DNA of 64,000 nt, taken from the IMG/VR virus record IMGVR_UViG_2710264501_000005, positions 5,929-69,928 of that record, one strand, 5' to 3'. Positions 17,265-27,129 of the stretch are shown piece after piece. The notes beneath the pieces were generated by a model. That model was not told the origin of the DNA, did no database searches, and saw only the letters and a program-made list of their open reading frames with translations. How positions within the stretch are numbered: position 1 is the stretch's first letter; every line of letters starts with the position of its first letter. The position numbers and the translations under genes are program-made. The stretch comes from a virus.

Positions 17265-19068
17265 CTTTCTTTTTCAAAGCGGCCCAAAGTTTCCGGGCCT
17301 TTTCCTTTCCCTTGACGACCTCTTCCCCGATCCCCAAGTCACACCTCAAGCCTGCAAAGCCGCCACGAGGGCCACGGAGAACTTCCGCCTTCACCGTCCG
17401 CTCGACCAGTCGGGCAAACTCTGCCGCTGACTTTTGCTGAGCGTGTCGGATGATTTCTTCCTTACTGTGCTTCCAGCCCCGCTTGGCTAGCTCATCAAGG
17501 ATATGCCTAGCTTCGTCAAAAGAAACGTCGGTAGCGTACCCAAATGCAGCTAGCCTTCTAGCCTGTTTGAACGTGCATGTTCCCTGATCTCTACGCCGGA
17601 AGATTTCGTCGCAGAGTTGCTTTGCTTCGGAGCCGGAAACGCCTTTGGTTTTGACTCCGTTCTCTTCAAGGATTTTCAACTGCTGCTCAGTCGGTGGCTT
17701 TGCTTCAAACCAGCCGGGTAGCTTATGGTCCGGCACGTTGAACAATACAAACGGATCGACTTCGCGGCGTTTCAGTTTCGCCTCTGCCAGGATCATCCTA
17801 CGCTTGGCAGCTTTCAGTTCCTCCGCTTTCTCTGCCGCTTTCAGGAGTTCAGATAGAACGTCGGCATCCATTGAGCCTCTGCGTTCCATTAGTCGGCGGT
17901 TAGCCTCTTCGACTACTTCAGCGTCATACTTGCCCCCGAGAACGTCGGCGGCATGAACTAGCTTATGTCGGCCCGTGCATCCCACAAGATCGACAACGAG
18001 GCAGTCAGTCTTTCCAGGCACCGGACATTTAGGCCCGCCACGCAAGCCACGCCCGATCTGCTGAGCGTAGACCAATCGGGATTTAGTCGGCCGTGCAATC
18101 ACAATACACGAAGTTTGCGGTGCATCGAATCCTTCTGTCAGCACGGCGACGTTTACAAGGAACTGCACATCGCCTGAGTTGTACAACCGAATGGCATCGT
18201 CCCGTTCCTCCTGCTTGTCCTTGCCGCAGATGGAAACCGCCCCACGGTTCGTATACCTGGGAATGATAGCTGCAATCGCCCTTGCAGCGTTGACCGTAGG
18301 AGCGAACACGATAGTAGGTCGATCTCCCGCACACTGAACCGCACCGGATACGATAGCATGGAGCGGCTTTTCCTCCGTGATAATCCGCTCAATGTCCGTA
18401 GGGCTCAAGTCGCCGCTGGCCGTGGTGGAACAACCGGAGAAGTCAAGGTTTTCCACCTCCACAATCTCTTGAATAATCGGACATAACCAGCCGTCCTTCA
18501 TCGCGTCTAAAATATCGTAGTGATGTGCGTCCTGAAAAAACTTCCCTAGGGATATTTCGTCCGTTCGATCAGTAGTTGCGGTCAATCCAAGTATCTTGGA
18601 GTTGACAAAGTGCCCCAAAACCTCAAGGTATGAATCGGCTACAACGTGATGACATTCATCCAGGATTACGCCGCCAAACTCAGCGGCTGAAAACCTCTCG
18701 CGTCGATGCTTCTTGTAAAGAGTTTGAATGGACGCGACAACGATACGGTATTCAGGATGCAAAAGCCCTTCTGTAAACGCCGTTTGTTCCGCCTTTTCGA
18801 TGACGGGCTCGATTCCTGTTGCCTGTTGCAACGCCGTAGCGGCTTGGGTAATCAATTCGTCACGGTGAGCCAGCCAAAGGACACGCTCTGGCCTGCCATA
18901 GTCTTTATGCCTGCCTTTGATCCAGTCGGCAGCAATAGCAGAGCCGACGCGAGTCTTGCCCGTGCCTGTCGGCATGGAAAGAAGAAATTTTTCTATGCCT
19001 TGATCCCACGCATTGAACGTCGCGTTGTGGGCGTCGATCTGGTAAGGCCGTAACTGAATCGTGCTCAA
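17236..19068 (-). CDS. superfamily II DExH helicase (ResIII/IRC3-like)
   Basis: MPTGTGKT, LDECHH, GLTAT, EGFDAP and QQIGRGLR motifs. Confidence 0.9.
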   Translation of the reverse strand: MSTIQLRPYQIDAHNATFNAWDQGIEKFLLSMPTGTGKTRVGSAIAADWIKGRHKDYGRPERVLWLAHRDELITQAATALQQATGIEPVIEKAEQTAFTEGLLHPEYRIVVASIQTLYKKHRRERFSAAEFGGVILDECHHVVADSYLEVLGHFVNSKILGLTATTDRTDEISLGKFFQDAHHYDILDAMKDGWLCPIIQEIVEVENLDFSGCSTTASGDLSPTDIERIITEEKPLHAIVSGAVQCAGDRPTIVFAPTVNAARAIAAIIPRYTNRGAVSICGKDKQEERDDAIRLYNSGDVQFLVNVAVLTEGFDAPQTSCIVIARPTKSRLVYAQQIGRGLRGGPKCPVPGKTDCLVVDLVGCTGRHKLVHAADVLGGKYDAEVVEEANRRLMERRGSMDADVLSELLKAAEKAEELKAAKRRMILAEAKLKRREVDPFVLFNVPDHKLPGWFEAKPPTEQQLKILEENGVKTKGVSGSEAKQLCDEIFRRRDQGTCTFKQARRLAAFGYATDVSFDEARHILDELAKRGWKHSKEEIIRHAQQKSAAEFARLVERTVKAEVLRGPRGGFAGLRCDLGIGEEVVKGKEKARKLWAALKKKGGVNLVAGE

Positions 19069-19235
19069 GGCTTCTTACCCTCCATAACACGCTTGGCAGC
19101 CGGACAGTCCTTGATCTTCTCTCGGATCATATCCCGTAGCAAAGTATTAACGTTTTTTCGGCAAGCGTAGGCTACCTCCCGAAACGCCTCACGCTCTCGT
19201 TCGGGTAGTCTGACAGTTACCATAACGAGCTTCAT
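19065..19235 (-). CDS. ribbon-helix-helix-like small regulator
   Basis: MVTVRLPERE..AF...A......VNTLLRDMIRE. Confidence 0.55.
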   Translation of the reverse strand: MKLVMVTVRLPEREREAFREVAYACRKNVNTLLRDMIREKIKDCPAAKRVMEGKKP

Positions 19236-19408
19236 TGTGTCACCTTTTCGATCTCTTGCAGAATGAATCGGTAGACCTCCGCTACAGCCTTGGCCCTTTC
19301 TCGGGTCGATAGGCGTTTGGCGTGCTTGCTTTGATGTTCCGCCCATCGCAGGCGGTCGGAAAGCTTGTAGCGGATACGGACGATAGGGCTGGAATAACTT
19401 CGGGGCAT

Positions 19409-20341
19409 TCAGGCTACGTTCAGATGGTGTTGGGAAAATTGGGCGTATGTCAGCCAGCCTAGCCCCTTGCAAGATTCACAAGTCTTGATCGGCTTGGGTT
19501 TCTTCTCGCAGTTCGGGCAGGCGGCATAAAACAATGCCTTGTCGATCTCCATGCGGAGTTCCTTCAGTATACCCACGCACACAGAGATATCGACAAAGTT
19601 GGCAGCACCCGAGGGACAGCGGCCCTTAATCGCCTCGATTTTTTCCGCCAGACTGCTCGCGGCGGTTTGCAGCCCTTGAATTAAGATGGTTTCCGCCGCA
19701 ACGTCGCGGAGGAATTCCGGTACCTCATGCCCGCGTCGATCTTTGGGGAGTTTGTCGCCGGTCTTGGCTGCTTTGACGGCCTTGTTCTTTCGGCCTCTCT
19801 TGGTGGGAGGTTTTGGAGGGGAAAGGACCATCGGATCTTCGTCCGGTTCATCTTCAACGGCTTGCAATTCCGGTTGTGATGCAGGCTTTGAAGGCTTTTT
19901 CGTTTCCTGCTTTTTCAGAGCGGAATCGACGGACGCGACCAGACTAATTGAGCAGCCGACATGATCGGCCACTTCCGGCTGACTTTTCTTTTTGCCAAGC
20001 TCAGACTTGCGGCACAATTCGACCGCCCGACGTTTTTCCGCAGAGGACAGCGGCATCCCATGTAGCCGATTGGACCCGGCAGCCAGCCAAGCCACATCCG
20101 CCCTTGTGCCTTTCACAAACTCGACCCTAACAACCTCATCCCCAAGATCAGAATGGGCCGAGTAGGTTTGCAGACCGTCATAGCCCCAATAGGTTTTTCC
20201 GTCGAAAACCGCCTTAATCGGTGGAAAATCATAGCGGCGGATCTTGTCGGTGTAGTCTTCAATGACCTCTTCGCGGCGGCCTCTGGGCAGCAATTCCGGG
20301 TCGAAAACGACCTCTCCGATTCCAACCTGTTTGGTAGGCAT
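19409..20341 (-). CDS. ParB/Srx-like N-terminal domain, HTH and C-terminal zinc finger
   Basis: FPPIKAVFDGKTYWGYDG, SNRLHGMPLS, SQPEVADHVGCS, CPNC/CESCKG. Confidence 0.7.
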   Translation of the reverse strand: MPTKQVGIGEVVFDPELLPRGRREEVIEDYTDKIRRYDFPPIKAVFDGKTYWGYDGLQTYSAHSDLGDEVVRVEFVKGTRADVAWLAAGSNRLHGMPLSSAEKRRAVELCRKSELGKKKSQPEVADHVGCSISLVASVDSALKKQETKKPSKPASQPELQAVEDEPDEDPMVLSPPKPPTKRGRKNKAVKAAKTGDKLPKDRRGHEVPEFLRDVAAETILIQGLQTAASSLAEKIEAIKGRCPSGAANFVDISVCVGILKELRMEIDKALFYAACPNCEKKPKPIKTCESCKGLGWLTYAQFSQHHLNVA

Positions 20342-20441
20342 GTGCGTTTCTCCGGTACAAAAAAACCATCCTCTGGCAGACCTGAACTGCTCAATATTTT
20401 ACCCCGCCTAGTTTCAGTTTGGCCCCCAAAAATGGCAAAAT

Positions 20442-20495
20442 CGTAAACCCTTGCAGCGTAACGATTTACGTCCCAGATCATTTTTAAAAAATGAT
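20442..20495. repeat. 29-bp plus 19-bp palindrome, copy 2 (inverted relative to copy 1)
   Basis: CGTAAACCCTTGCAGCGTAACGATTTACG-N6-ATCATTTTTAAAAAATGAT, in the divergent intergenic region. Confidence 0.75.
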
Positions 20496-20579
20496 AAGAT
20501 AGGCAAGATTGCCCCCGATTTTCTCGTGGTCGGGTATACTTGGGGCCTTCTGGGACTCAGGCCAAACGAGGGCGAGATT

Positions 20580-20828
20580 ATGAGCGAAAAACAAGTAATG
20601 GAAGGCGTAGAACTGGCATGGGAAAACAAGGTATCCGGTCGGCCCGCCGAGTTGTGGCGGATGGTCACGTCGAGGCGGTTTCGTGATAGGGAAATCGAGA
20701 TGGTCCAGTGGTTCGGTGCGTTGTCCGATGCTATGAACTATATGGAATACATGGAGGACAATGGCGGCAAGATAATTTCTCTGGACCATTACAAGAGGGC
20801 TGAACATGGACAAGATGCGAGCAAGTGA
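20580..20828 (+). CDS. hypothetical protein, tandem paralog A
   Basis: ELAWE.K.SG...ELW...V.WFG.L..A..Y..Y.E..GGK..SLD.Y is shared with the next ORF. Confidence 0.7.
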   Translation: MSEKQVMEGVELAWENKVSGRPAELWRMVTSRRFRDREIEMVQWFGALSDAMNYMEYMEDNGGKIISLDHYKRAEHGQDASK

Positions 20829-21051
20829 AGTTTACGAACTGGCGTGGGAGTACAAGATATCTGGCCAGTCGAAGGAGCTTTGGGGTGTAATATCCTCTAT
20901 ACATGTTCCATCGCAGGATCGGTCAATTAATTTGGTCCATTGGTTTGGCTCATTGGCCGAAGCCAGGGAGTATGCCGACTACGTGGAAAACAAGGGCGGC
21001 AAGGTGCTGTCGTTGGATCGGTACGTTAAAGCAGGAGAGGACGCACAATGA
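20806..21051 (+). CDS. hypothetical protein, tandem paralog B
   Basis: Aligns with 20580-20828. Confidence 0.7.
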   Translation: MDKMRASEVYELAWEYKISGQSKELWGVISSIHVPSQDRSINLVHWFGSLAEAREYADYVENKGGKVLSLDRYVKAGEDAQ

Positions 21052-21326
21052 AAGCCATTTCCCTCTGGCAGCCGTGGGCCACACTGATAGCACTTGGCCT
21101 GAAAACAGTCGAGACTCGGAGCTGGCGAATGGATTACCGCGGCCCGCTGGTGATCTGTTCGACCACCGGCAAAAGCCAAAACGAGCGGGCCTTTGGCGAT
21201 TACAGTTCAGGCCGGTATGCGATCCTGACTACGAACTGCCGAAGGTTCGCAGAGCCGTTTCCGGTCAAGGGCAAGCAAAAGCTGTTTGAAGTGGAACTAC
21301 CGAAGCGGTTAGAATATGCCGTATGA
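21048..21326 (+). CDS. ASCH-domain protein (short)
   Basis: MKAISLWQPWATLIALGLKTVETRSW..YRGPL and PFPVKGKQKLFEV. Confidence 0.8.
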   Translation: MKAISLWQPWATLIALGLKTVETRSWRMDYRGPLVICSTTGKSQNERAFGDYSSGRYAILTTNCRRFAEPFPVKGKQKLFEVELPKRLEYAV

Positions 21327-22018
21327 ATCGCCGCAAGCGTCAAGCAACCGCAGAGCTAGCCGACCAAGAGCCGCCGAATAATCCAGAGATGGAGCAGGAG
21401 GTATTAGGCTGCATTATGGTTTGGGCTCAAGTGTTTGGCGGATCTTCGCACGGGTACGTCAGAGACGCGATCCAAACATTGGAGCCAGCGGACTTCTACG
21501 ATCATATGAGGCGTAAGATTTTCGAGGCTATCGTGGCTGGCAAACATGCCGTGGGGACTGTGGGTCTCACCTTGGAAAGACTAAAGCGGGCCGGGCTATA
21601 TTCCCCGAAAGAACTCACGGCCAAGGACCTAACCAAGCAAGTTGACGCGGCGTATCTCCACACAGTCATGGGCAAGGCGGCTTTGCCACCCTATCTACCT
21701 TTTTACTGTTGTTCACTGAGGAGGTTAAGGCTAGAGAGGGAGGCACGGCGACTATCTTGGGAAATCGTAGTTTCGTCCCACAATCAAGACGTGGTACAAT
21801 GGGCACAACATGCTTGCGACCGGATCGAAAAGCTCAAGGCGATGGCGGAAGTGAACGACGCGAAGATTAAAGAAATAGAATCGAAAGCGGAAGAAATCCG
21901 CATAGAATCCAGAGCGAAAATCAAACAGCAAGAGCAGGGCGATGCGGCTGTTAAACCCAATGGGCGAAATGGAGGGCCGAACGATGGCAAAGCGACCGCT
22001 GACAACCGTACCGCTTGA
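21323..22018 (+). CDS. DnaB helicase N-terminal domain only
   Basis: PPNNPEMEQEVLGCI...LEPADFYDHMRRKIFEAI; no RecA-type motor motifs. Confidence 0.65.
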   Translation: MNRRKRQATAELADQEPPNNPEMEQEVLGCIMVWAQVFGGSSHGYVRDAIQTLEPADFYDHMRRKIFEAIVAGKHAVGTVGLTLERLKRAGLYSPKELTAKDLTKQVDAAYLHTVMGKAALPPYLPFYCCSLRRLRLEREARRLSWEIVVSSHNQDVVQWAQHACDRIEKLKAMAEVNDAKIKEIESKAEEIRIESRAKIKQQEQGDAAVKPNGRNGGPNDGKATADNRTA

Positions 22019-22199
22019 CGACCTGTACGAGGGAGACAAGATCCGATTAACCACTCAGCGTAAAGCCCGCTACACCGGGCAATTCGTTCGGATAGAAAAA
22101 GAGCATCGGAGCTATTGGTTGTATCTGGTGCTCAAGGGCGGCAGCCGTCTGCACGCGGTCAAGACCTCGGACATTGTTTTGATCGAGAGGGTCAAGTAG
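21984..22199 (+). CDS. small beta-rich hypothetical protein
   Basis: GGAGG RBS. Confidence 0.5.
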   Translation: MAKRPLTTVPLDDLYEGDKIRLTTQRKARYTGQFVRIEKEHRSYWLYLVLKGGSRLHAVKTSDIVLIERVK

Positions 22200-22383
22200 T
22201 GGATAGTATGAGATTGGGAACCGTTCGCGTGTATGCTCCGGTAGTACGGGCACCGTGGCGGTTCCCTTTTCATGCTGGCGTATGTGGTTACAGGGAAGTA
22301 TCCGATAGAAAATCGCCCCCGATATGCTTGATTGAAAACAAGCCGATAGATCGGGACGGGAACACGGGAAGAAAACGTGAATA

Positions 22384-22836
22384 ATGGGATTACCCAAGGG
22401 ACTTATCACCGGCAAGACGGCCAAACTGCCGACTAGTGCGGAACTCAAAACCGAACCGCCTCCAACGCGAGGATTGCGTGCCACTACATGGACGCTGGCG
22501 ATACCCGGCTGGATGCCTACGCCGCTGAACAAGATCGTTACCAGCCACTACGGCAAGGCTCACCGGATGAAAAACAAGGACAAGGAAATCATCGGACTGG
22601 CCGCGATGGTCTACGGTGTTCCCGTCGCAGATCGGAAGCGGAAGGTGTCCTTGCTGATCGTGTTATCCAAGGGCCAGCGGGCACCAGACCCTGATGCGTT
22701 ATGGAAGTCACTCAATGACGCCCTGGTTCACTGTGGAAGCCTGAGGCAAGATTCTCACCTGTGGGTAGAATTAGGTCCTGTGGAATATGCTCGCGGTGAG
22801 AGGCTGTGTACGTTCGTGACAATCGAAGAGTTCTAG
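22384..22836 (+). CDS. RusA-like Holliday junction resolvase
   Basis: PTPLN, DPDALWKSLNDAL...QDS motifs. Confidence 0.65.
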   Translation: MGLPKGLITGKTAKLPTSAELKTEPPPTRGLRATTWTLAIPGWMPTPLNKIVTSHYGKAHRMKNKDKEIIGLAAMVYGVPVADRKRKVSLLIVLSKGQRAPDPDALWKSLNDALVHCGSLRQDSHLWVELGPVEYARGERLCTFVTIEEF

Positions 22837-22848
22837 GAGACAGACAAG

Positions 22849-25152
22849 GTGAATGAGGATCAGTACAGAGAGTTTCTGAGCAACAAGTATCGTCTTATGC
22901 AGCCAGTAGGCTTTGAGACAGACGAAACAAAGTTCCCGTCGAAATTGTTTCCTTGGCAAGCCGATCTTGTCCGGTGGACTTGCCGGATAGGACGAAGCGG
23001 GCTGTTTGCTGATACTGGACTGGGAAAGACGCCCATGCAACTAGCGTGGGCAGAGCAGGTCGTAAGACACGAGAACAAGCCCGTCATTATACTGTGTCCT
23101 CTCGCAGTTGCACAACAGACCGTGCAGCAGGCGGATAAGTTTGATATTGGAGTCAAAGTGTCCGTATGTCGGGAAATGGCCGACATTGAAAAGCACAAGC
23201 CGGATGTTGTGGTCACAAACTATGACAGGCTTCACCTGTTCGATGTGGATGATTTTGTCGGCGTGGTTTTAGACGAAGGAAGCATTCTGAAAAACTATGC
23301 CGGGAAAACGCGGACACTGCTGATAGACAGGTTCAGGAAAACGAAGTATCGACTCATAGCTACGGCGACACCAGCCCCGAACGATCATAACGAGCTAGGC
23401 AACCATGCGGAGTTTTTGGGCGTTTTGACACGCTTGGAAATGCTCGCAAACTGGTTTAAGCATGATTCAGGAGAAACGCAAAAGTGGCGGCTACGAGGTC
23501 ACGCTGAAAGAGACTTCTGGAGATGGCTCGCCTCGTGGGCAGCGTGTATAACGGCTCCGTCTGATTTAGGCTATCCTGACGATGGCTTTGCACTTCCCGA
23601 ATTAAAGAGACACGTTCACGAAGTATCGGCTGACAACTGCCCGCCACCGGAGGGCCAGTTCTGGCACACGGATAGCGTGTCAGCCACCAAGATGCACGGT
23701 GTCAAGCGTCTTACGGCGGACGCACGGGCCGCGAAGGTAGCCGACCTGATAAACGGCGATGATGAGCAGTGGTTGATATGGGTGGATACCGACTACGAGG
23801 CAGATGCAGTCAAGCGAGCAGTTGAAGATGCCGTTGAAGTAAGGGGCTCGCACAAGACGGAAAAGAAAGAAGAGGCGTTGTTTGGATTCGCCAACGGACA
23901 AATCAAAAGGCTGATTACCAAGCCTGAGATTGCAGGGTATGGGTTAAACCTGCAAAACTGCAACAGGATGGCTTTTGCTGGCATGTCGTTCAGTTTCGAG
24001 AGAACGTATCAGGCTATCAGGAGGTGTTGGAGGTACGGTCAGACCAGACCCGTAGACGCCCACTTTATCACGAGCGATGCGGAGTCTACGGCCCTTAGTG
24101 CCGTCGAGTCAAAGGAGTGTGCGTTCAAAGAGACCCGAAAAAAACTGATCGAGTCAGTTCGTGAACATCAGAAGGCGAACATATACCGAAAGCCGCGTAA
24201 GCAGGAGACAAAGCCAGTGGAGACACACGAAGGAAACGGTTGGACCTTGCACCACGGCGACGTTGTGGACGGAATAAAACTAATTCAGGATGAATCGGTA
24301 GGGTTCTCTATTTACAGCCCGCCGTTCGCAACGCTGTTTACATATTCGGATAGTCACGAAGACATGGGCAACTGCCACAATTACGAGGAGTTCTTCGATC
24401 ATTTTGCGTTTCTCGTTCCTGAGTTGTATCGGGTAATGATGCCAGGACGGACAATGGCTGTCCATTGCATGGACCTGCCGACCACAAAGCAACACGACGG
24501 TTTTATCGGAGCAAGGGACTTCCCTGGCGATCTTATTCGTAGTTTTCAGTCAGCAGGGTTCATTTACCATGCTCGTATTTGTATCTGGAAAGACCCGCTG
24601 CTAGCAGCAGTGCGGACGCACACTATCGGGCTTGCTCACCAGCAATTAGTCAAGGATTCCGCCATCTGTCGGACAGGATGGCCTGACTACATAGTTGTCA
24701 TGAGGAAGCCGGGAGAAAATCCGAAGCCGATATCGCATCCGGACGGACTTACACACTACACCGGCGAGATCGATCCTGGTGCTGAAGCTCAAGGCGAGAA
24801 GCGGTCACATCATCGTTGGAGAGGATACGCTTCTCCTGTGTGGATGGACATTAGGCAAACGAGGACTCTGAACGGAGAGTTGGGAAAACGAGAGGCACGC
24901 GACGAAAAAGACGAAGCCCACGTTTGCCCTCTTCAACTGGACGTAATCGAGCGTTGCCTAGAGTTGTGGTCTGCTGAGGATGATCTGGTATTCAGCCCGT
25001 TTACGGGTATCGGGTCAGAGGGTTATTGTTCGGTTCGTATGGGACGGCGGTTTGTGGGGTGCGAGTTAAAAGACTCATACGTTAATGTCGCTGTCAAAAA
25101 TCTTCGGCAGGCCGAAGCCGAGGCGAAAGAGATCAACAGGACTCTTTTTTAA
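22849..25152 (+). CDS. SNF2-like helicase fused to an N4/N6 DNA methyltransferase
   Basis: ADTGLGKT, LDEGS, ATATP, QAIRRCWRYGQ; C-terminal YSPPF and FSPFTGIGSEG. Confidence 0.9.
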   Translation: MNEDQYREFLSNKYRLMQPVGFETDETKFPSKLFPWQADLVRWTCRIGRSGLFADTGLGKTPMQLAWAEQVVRHENKPVIILCPLAVAQQTVQQADKFDIGVKVSVCREMADIEKHKPDVVVTNYDRLHLFDVDDFVGVVLDEGSILKNYAGKTRTLLIDRFRKTKYRLIATATPAPNDHNELGNHAEFLGVLTRLEMLANWFKHDSGETQKWRLRGHAERDFWRWLASWAACITAPSDLGYPDDGFALPELKRHVHEVSADNCPPPEGQFWHTDSVSATKMHGVKRLTADARAAKVADLINGDDEQWLIWVDTDYEADAVKRAVEDAVEVRGSHKTEKKEEALFGFANGQIKRLITKPEIAGYGLNLQNCNRMAFAGMSFSFERTYQAIRRCWRYGQTRPVDAHFITSDAESTALSAVESKECAFKETRKKLIESVREHQKANIYRKPRKQETKPVETHEGNGWTLHHGDVVDGIKLIQDESVGFSIYSPPFATLFTYSDSHEDMGNCHNYEEFFDHFAFLVPELYRVMMPGRTMAVHCMDLPTTKQHDGFIGARDFPGDLIRSFQSAGFIYHARICIWKDPLLAAVRTHTIGLAHQQLVKDSAICRTGWPDYIVVMRKPGENPKPISHPDGLTHYTGEIDPGAEAQGEKRSHHRWRGYASPVWMDIRQTRTLNGELGKREARDEKDEAHVCPLQLDVIERCLELWSAEDDLVFSPFTGIGSEGYCSVRMGRRFVGCELKDSYVNVAVKNLRQAEAEAKEINRTLF

Positions 25153-25160
25153 AGTAAGTT

Positions 25161-25529
25161 TTGACCGTGACACGAAACACAGACAAATACAAACGCCTAC
25201 GGGAAAAGATGGTTGACTCCATGTGGGAGCGATTTTGCAGGCTTGCCGACCCAAGTAAGATCCGGCGTGAAAGGTTCGCAAGCACCCGCACGGTGGACGG
25301 CAAGGTTGCGATGCTGACTAATTGGCTAGTGACGTTGCCGCCCGGATGGTATTGGGAATCTCCGTTAGAGCAGGCTTTGATGCTGCAAGACGAGAATGTA
25401 TCCCTGAAGCCATGCGTTCCAACCAGGGCACGGCCGGGGACGCCGGAAAAGATCGACGTGCTTGCGGAAAGAGTCTTGAAGGGCTACGAGTCTCACCATC
25501 CCCAGGACGCGACCTACGGCAGCCCATGA
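25161..25529 (+). CDS. hypothetical protein
   Basis: PTRARPGTPEKIDVLAERV; operon packing. Confidence 0.55.
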   Translation: MTVTRNTDKYKRLREKMVDSMWERFCRLADPSKIRRERFASTRTVDGKVAMLTNWLVTLPPGWYWESPLEQALMLQDENVSLKPCVPTRARPGTPEKIDVLAERVLKGYESHHPQDATYGSP

Positions 25530-25846
25530 AGCTAACGGCACGTCAACGCAAGGGAGCAGCGAACGAGCGGCGTAGGCGGCTCAAGGACAAGTACCTTGTT
25601 TGGTCTGAAACCAACGCCTGGATGGCTTCCGATCCTTGGCAACTGTCTCCACTCTGGCAGGCTATCAGGAAATCGGACATAGGCACGGACGCCTATTTAT
25701 CTCTCTGGGAAATCGCGTTGGATCATTACGATCTTTCTACGGTAGACGCGATGCTAGCCGCGATGGAGCGGCAAGTTACCGGCCTTTGGGCAAAGCCCAA
25801 AAGGCAAGGCAAGCAACTATACTGGAATAGTACGGCATACCGTTAG
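25526..25846 (+). CDS. hypothetical protein
   Basis: ATGA coupling. Confidence 0.5.
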   Translation: MKLTARQRKGAANERRRRLKDKYLVWSETNAWMASDPWQLSPLWQAIRKSDIGTDAYLSLWEIALDHYDLSTVDAMLAAMERQVTGLWAKPKRQGKQLYWNSTAYR

Positions 25847-25904
25847 GGCTAACTCTGGCCTGTGCGGTTGTTGTGTTAGTTCGGAGTGGGGCTAGCCTTA
25901 TGGT

Positions 25905-26468
25905 ATGAAGAAGCTCTTTTGGCTAGCTCTGGCGATCTTTCTGGTTGTGCTTGTCGGCTTGGGGACGCTTTCTAGTCTGCCCGATCCTCAGCCCGATCCG
26001 CCTGCCCCAGAACCGGAGCCGCCGAAGCCGCCTGGACCTGTTCCACCAGTTCCACCAAACCCGCAGCCGGAACCCGACCCAGAGATCATAGGCGGGAAGG
26101 TTTGGGGCGTTGTCTCTTCTGTGATGTTTCGCATATCGCAAGGGCTGTGGGGCAAGGAAACGGTCTTGTTACGCGGGTGCGAGGCTCCTGATCCCCAAGG
26201 GCCACATTTCAAGCCTGCTAAGCAGTTCCTTGCACGATGGATTGAGAACCGCCGCGTCGATATCAAGGTCTATGACCGGGTGGATGGTTTTGTAATCGGT
26301 GACGGGATGGTAGGCGGTTTTGATATCGCGTCTGAAGTCTTACGCGAAGGATGGGCACGATTGCAGGAAGGTCGGGGAACTCCTCAGCAGAGAGCCGCAC
26401 AGGAAGAGGCTAGGTCTGCTAGACGAGGTATCTGGAGCGATCCGAGCAATTGGGGAGAGGAAGCATGA
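25905..26468 (+). CDS. membrane-anchored thermonuclease (SNase-like) with Pro-rich linker
   Basis: N-terminal TM, (P/D/E)-rich linker, LRGCEAPD, EVLREGWA and AQEEARSARRGIWS. Confidence 0.8.
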   Translation: MKKLFWLALAIFLVVLVGLGTLSSLPDPQPDPPAPEPEPPKPPGPVPPVPPNPQPEPDPEIIGGKVWGVVSSVMFRISQGLWGKETVLLRGCEAPDPQGPHFKPAKQFLARWIENRRVDIKVYDRVDGFVIGDGMVGGFDIASEVLREGWARLQEGRGTPQQRAAQEEARSARRGIWSDPSNWGEEA

Positions 26469-27118
26469 TCGACCCGACCCCGATTGTTCAACTTCTGGAA
26501 ACTGCAAGCCCCGGCTGGTGGCTGACTGTGATTGGTTCGTCCGTGCTCCTAATCTGGGCGATGAATCTAGACTCATGGAAGGGGACGGTTGCGGTTGTCG
26601 TGATAGCCTCTGCCGGATTGATCTTTTTCGGCAACACCAAGGCATACTTTGCCGTCCTATTCAATCTTCCATTGATGGGCTTTGCTACCGGGGTCTATCT
26701 TGTTGTCGGTGCAATCTGGTCAGTGATTCGCTGGATTGTCTTCGTCTATGACTCTCTCTCAGCCTATGCGGAAGAAAAGTTAGAGTGGCTTAACCGCAAG
26801 GGACTAACCGGAGTAGACGAGATCCCCGAAGGGCTCAAAGCGGAATGGACGGAATATTTACGGGCAGGCAGCCAATGGGTGCGGAAGGTTTGGGACACGG
26901 ACAAAGGCACTTATCGCCTTGACATATCGGTGATTCCGAAGCTTTGGGACCATGCGAGCCGGGCGACGTTATGGGGCTCGTTTTGGCCTTGGAGTTTGTT
27001 GCAGACTGCGGGGCGGTTTCTGTTGCGTTTACTGTGGCGGTACGTGATACGCAAAATATACGAATGGATTGATTCGATGGTAGGGAGGCTGTTTCGAGAG
27101 CCAAACGATCTAGCTTAG
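26465..27118 (+). CDS. multi-TM membrane protein, paralog of 30109-30699
   Basis: Hydrophobic N-half; shared G..W...W and W...WPWS motifs. Confidence 0.7.
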   Translation: MIDPTPIVQLLETASPGWWLTVIGSSVLLIWAMNLDSWKGTVAVVVIASAGLIFFGNTKAYFAVLFNLPLMGFATGVYLVVGAIWSVIRWIVFVYDSLSAYAEEKLEWLNRKGLTGVDEIPEGLKAEWTEYLRAGSQWVRKVWDTDKGTYRLDISVIPKLWDHASRATLWGSFWPWSLLQTAGRFLLRLLWRYVIRKIYEWIDSMVGRLFREPNDLA

Positions 27119-27129
27119 GGGGTTCTGAA

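Noticed and set aside
22216-22270. Separate ncRNA at the GGGAACCG/CGGTTCCC hairpin
   Set aside because: Adequately explained as an intrinsic terminator with a long stem; it also overlaps a possible short ORF.
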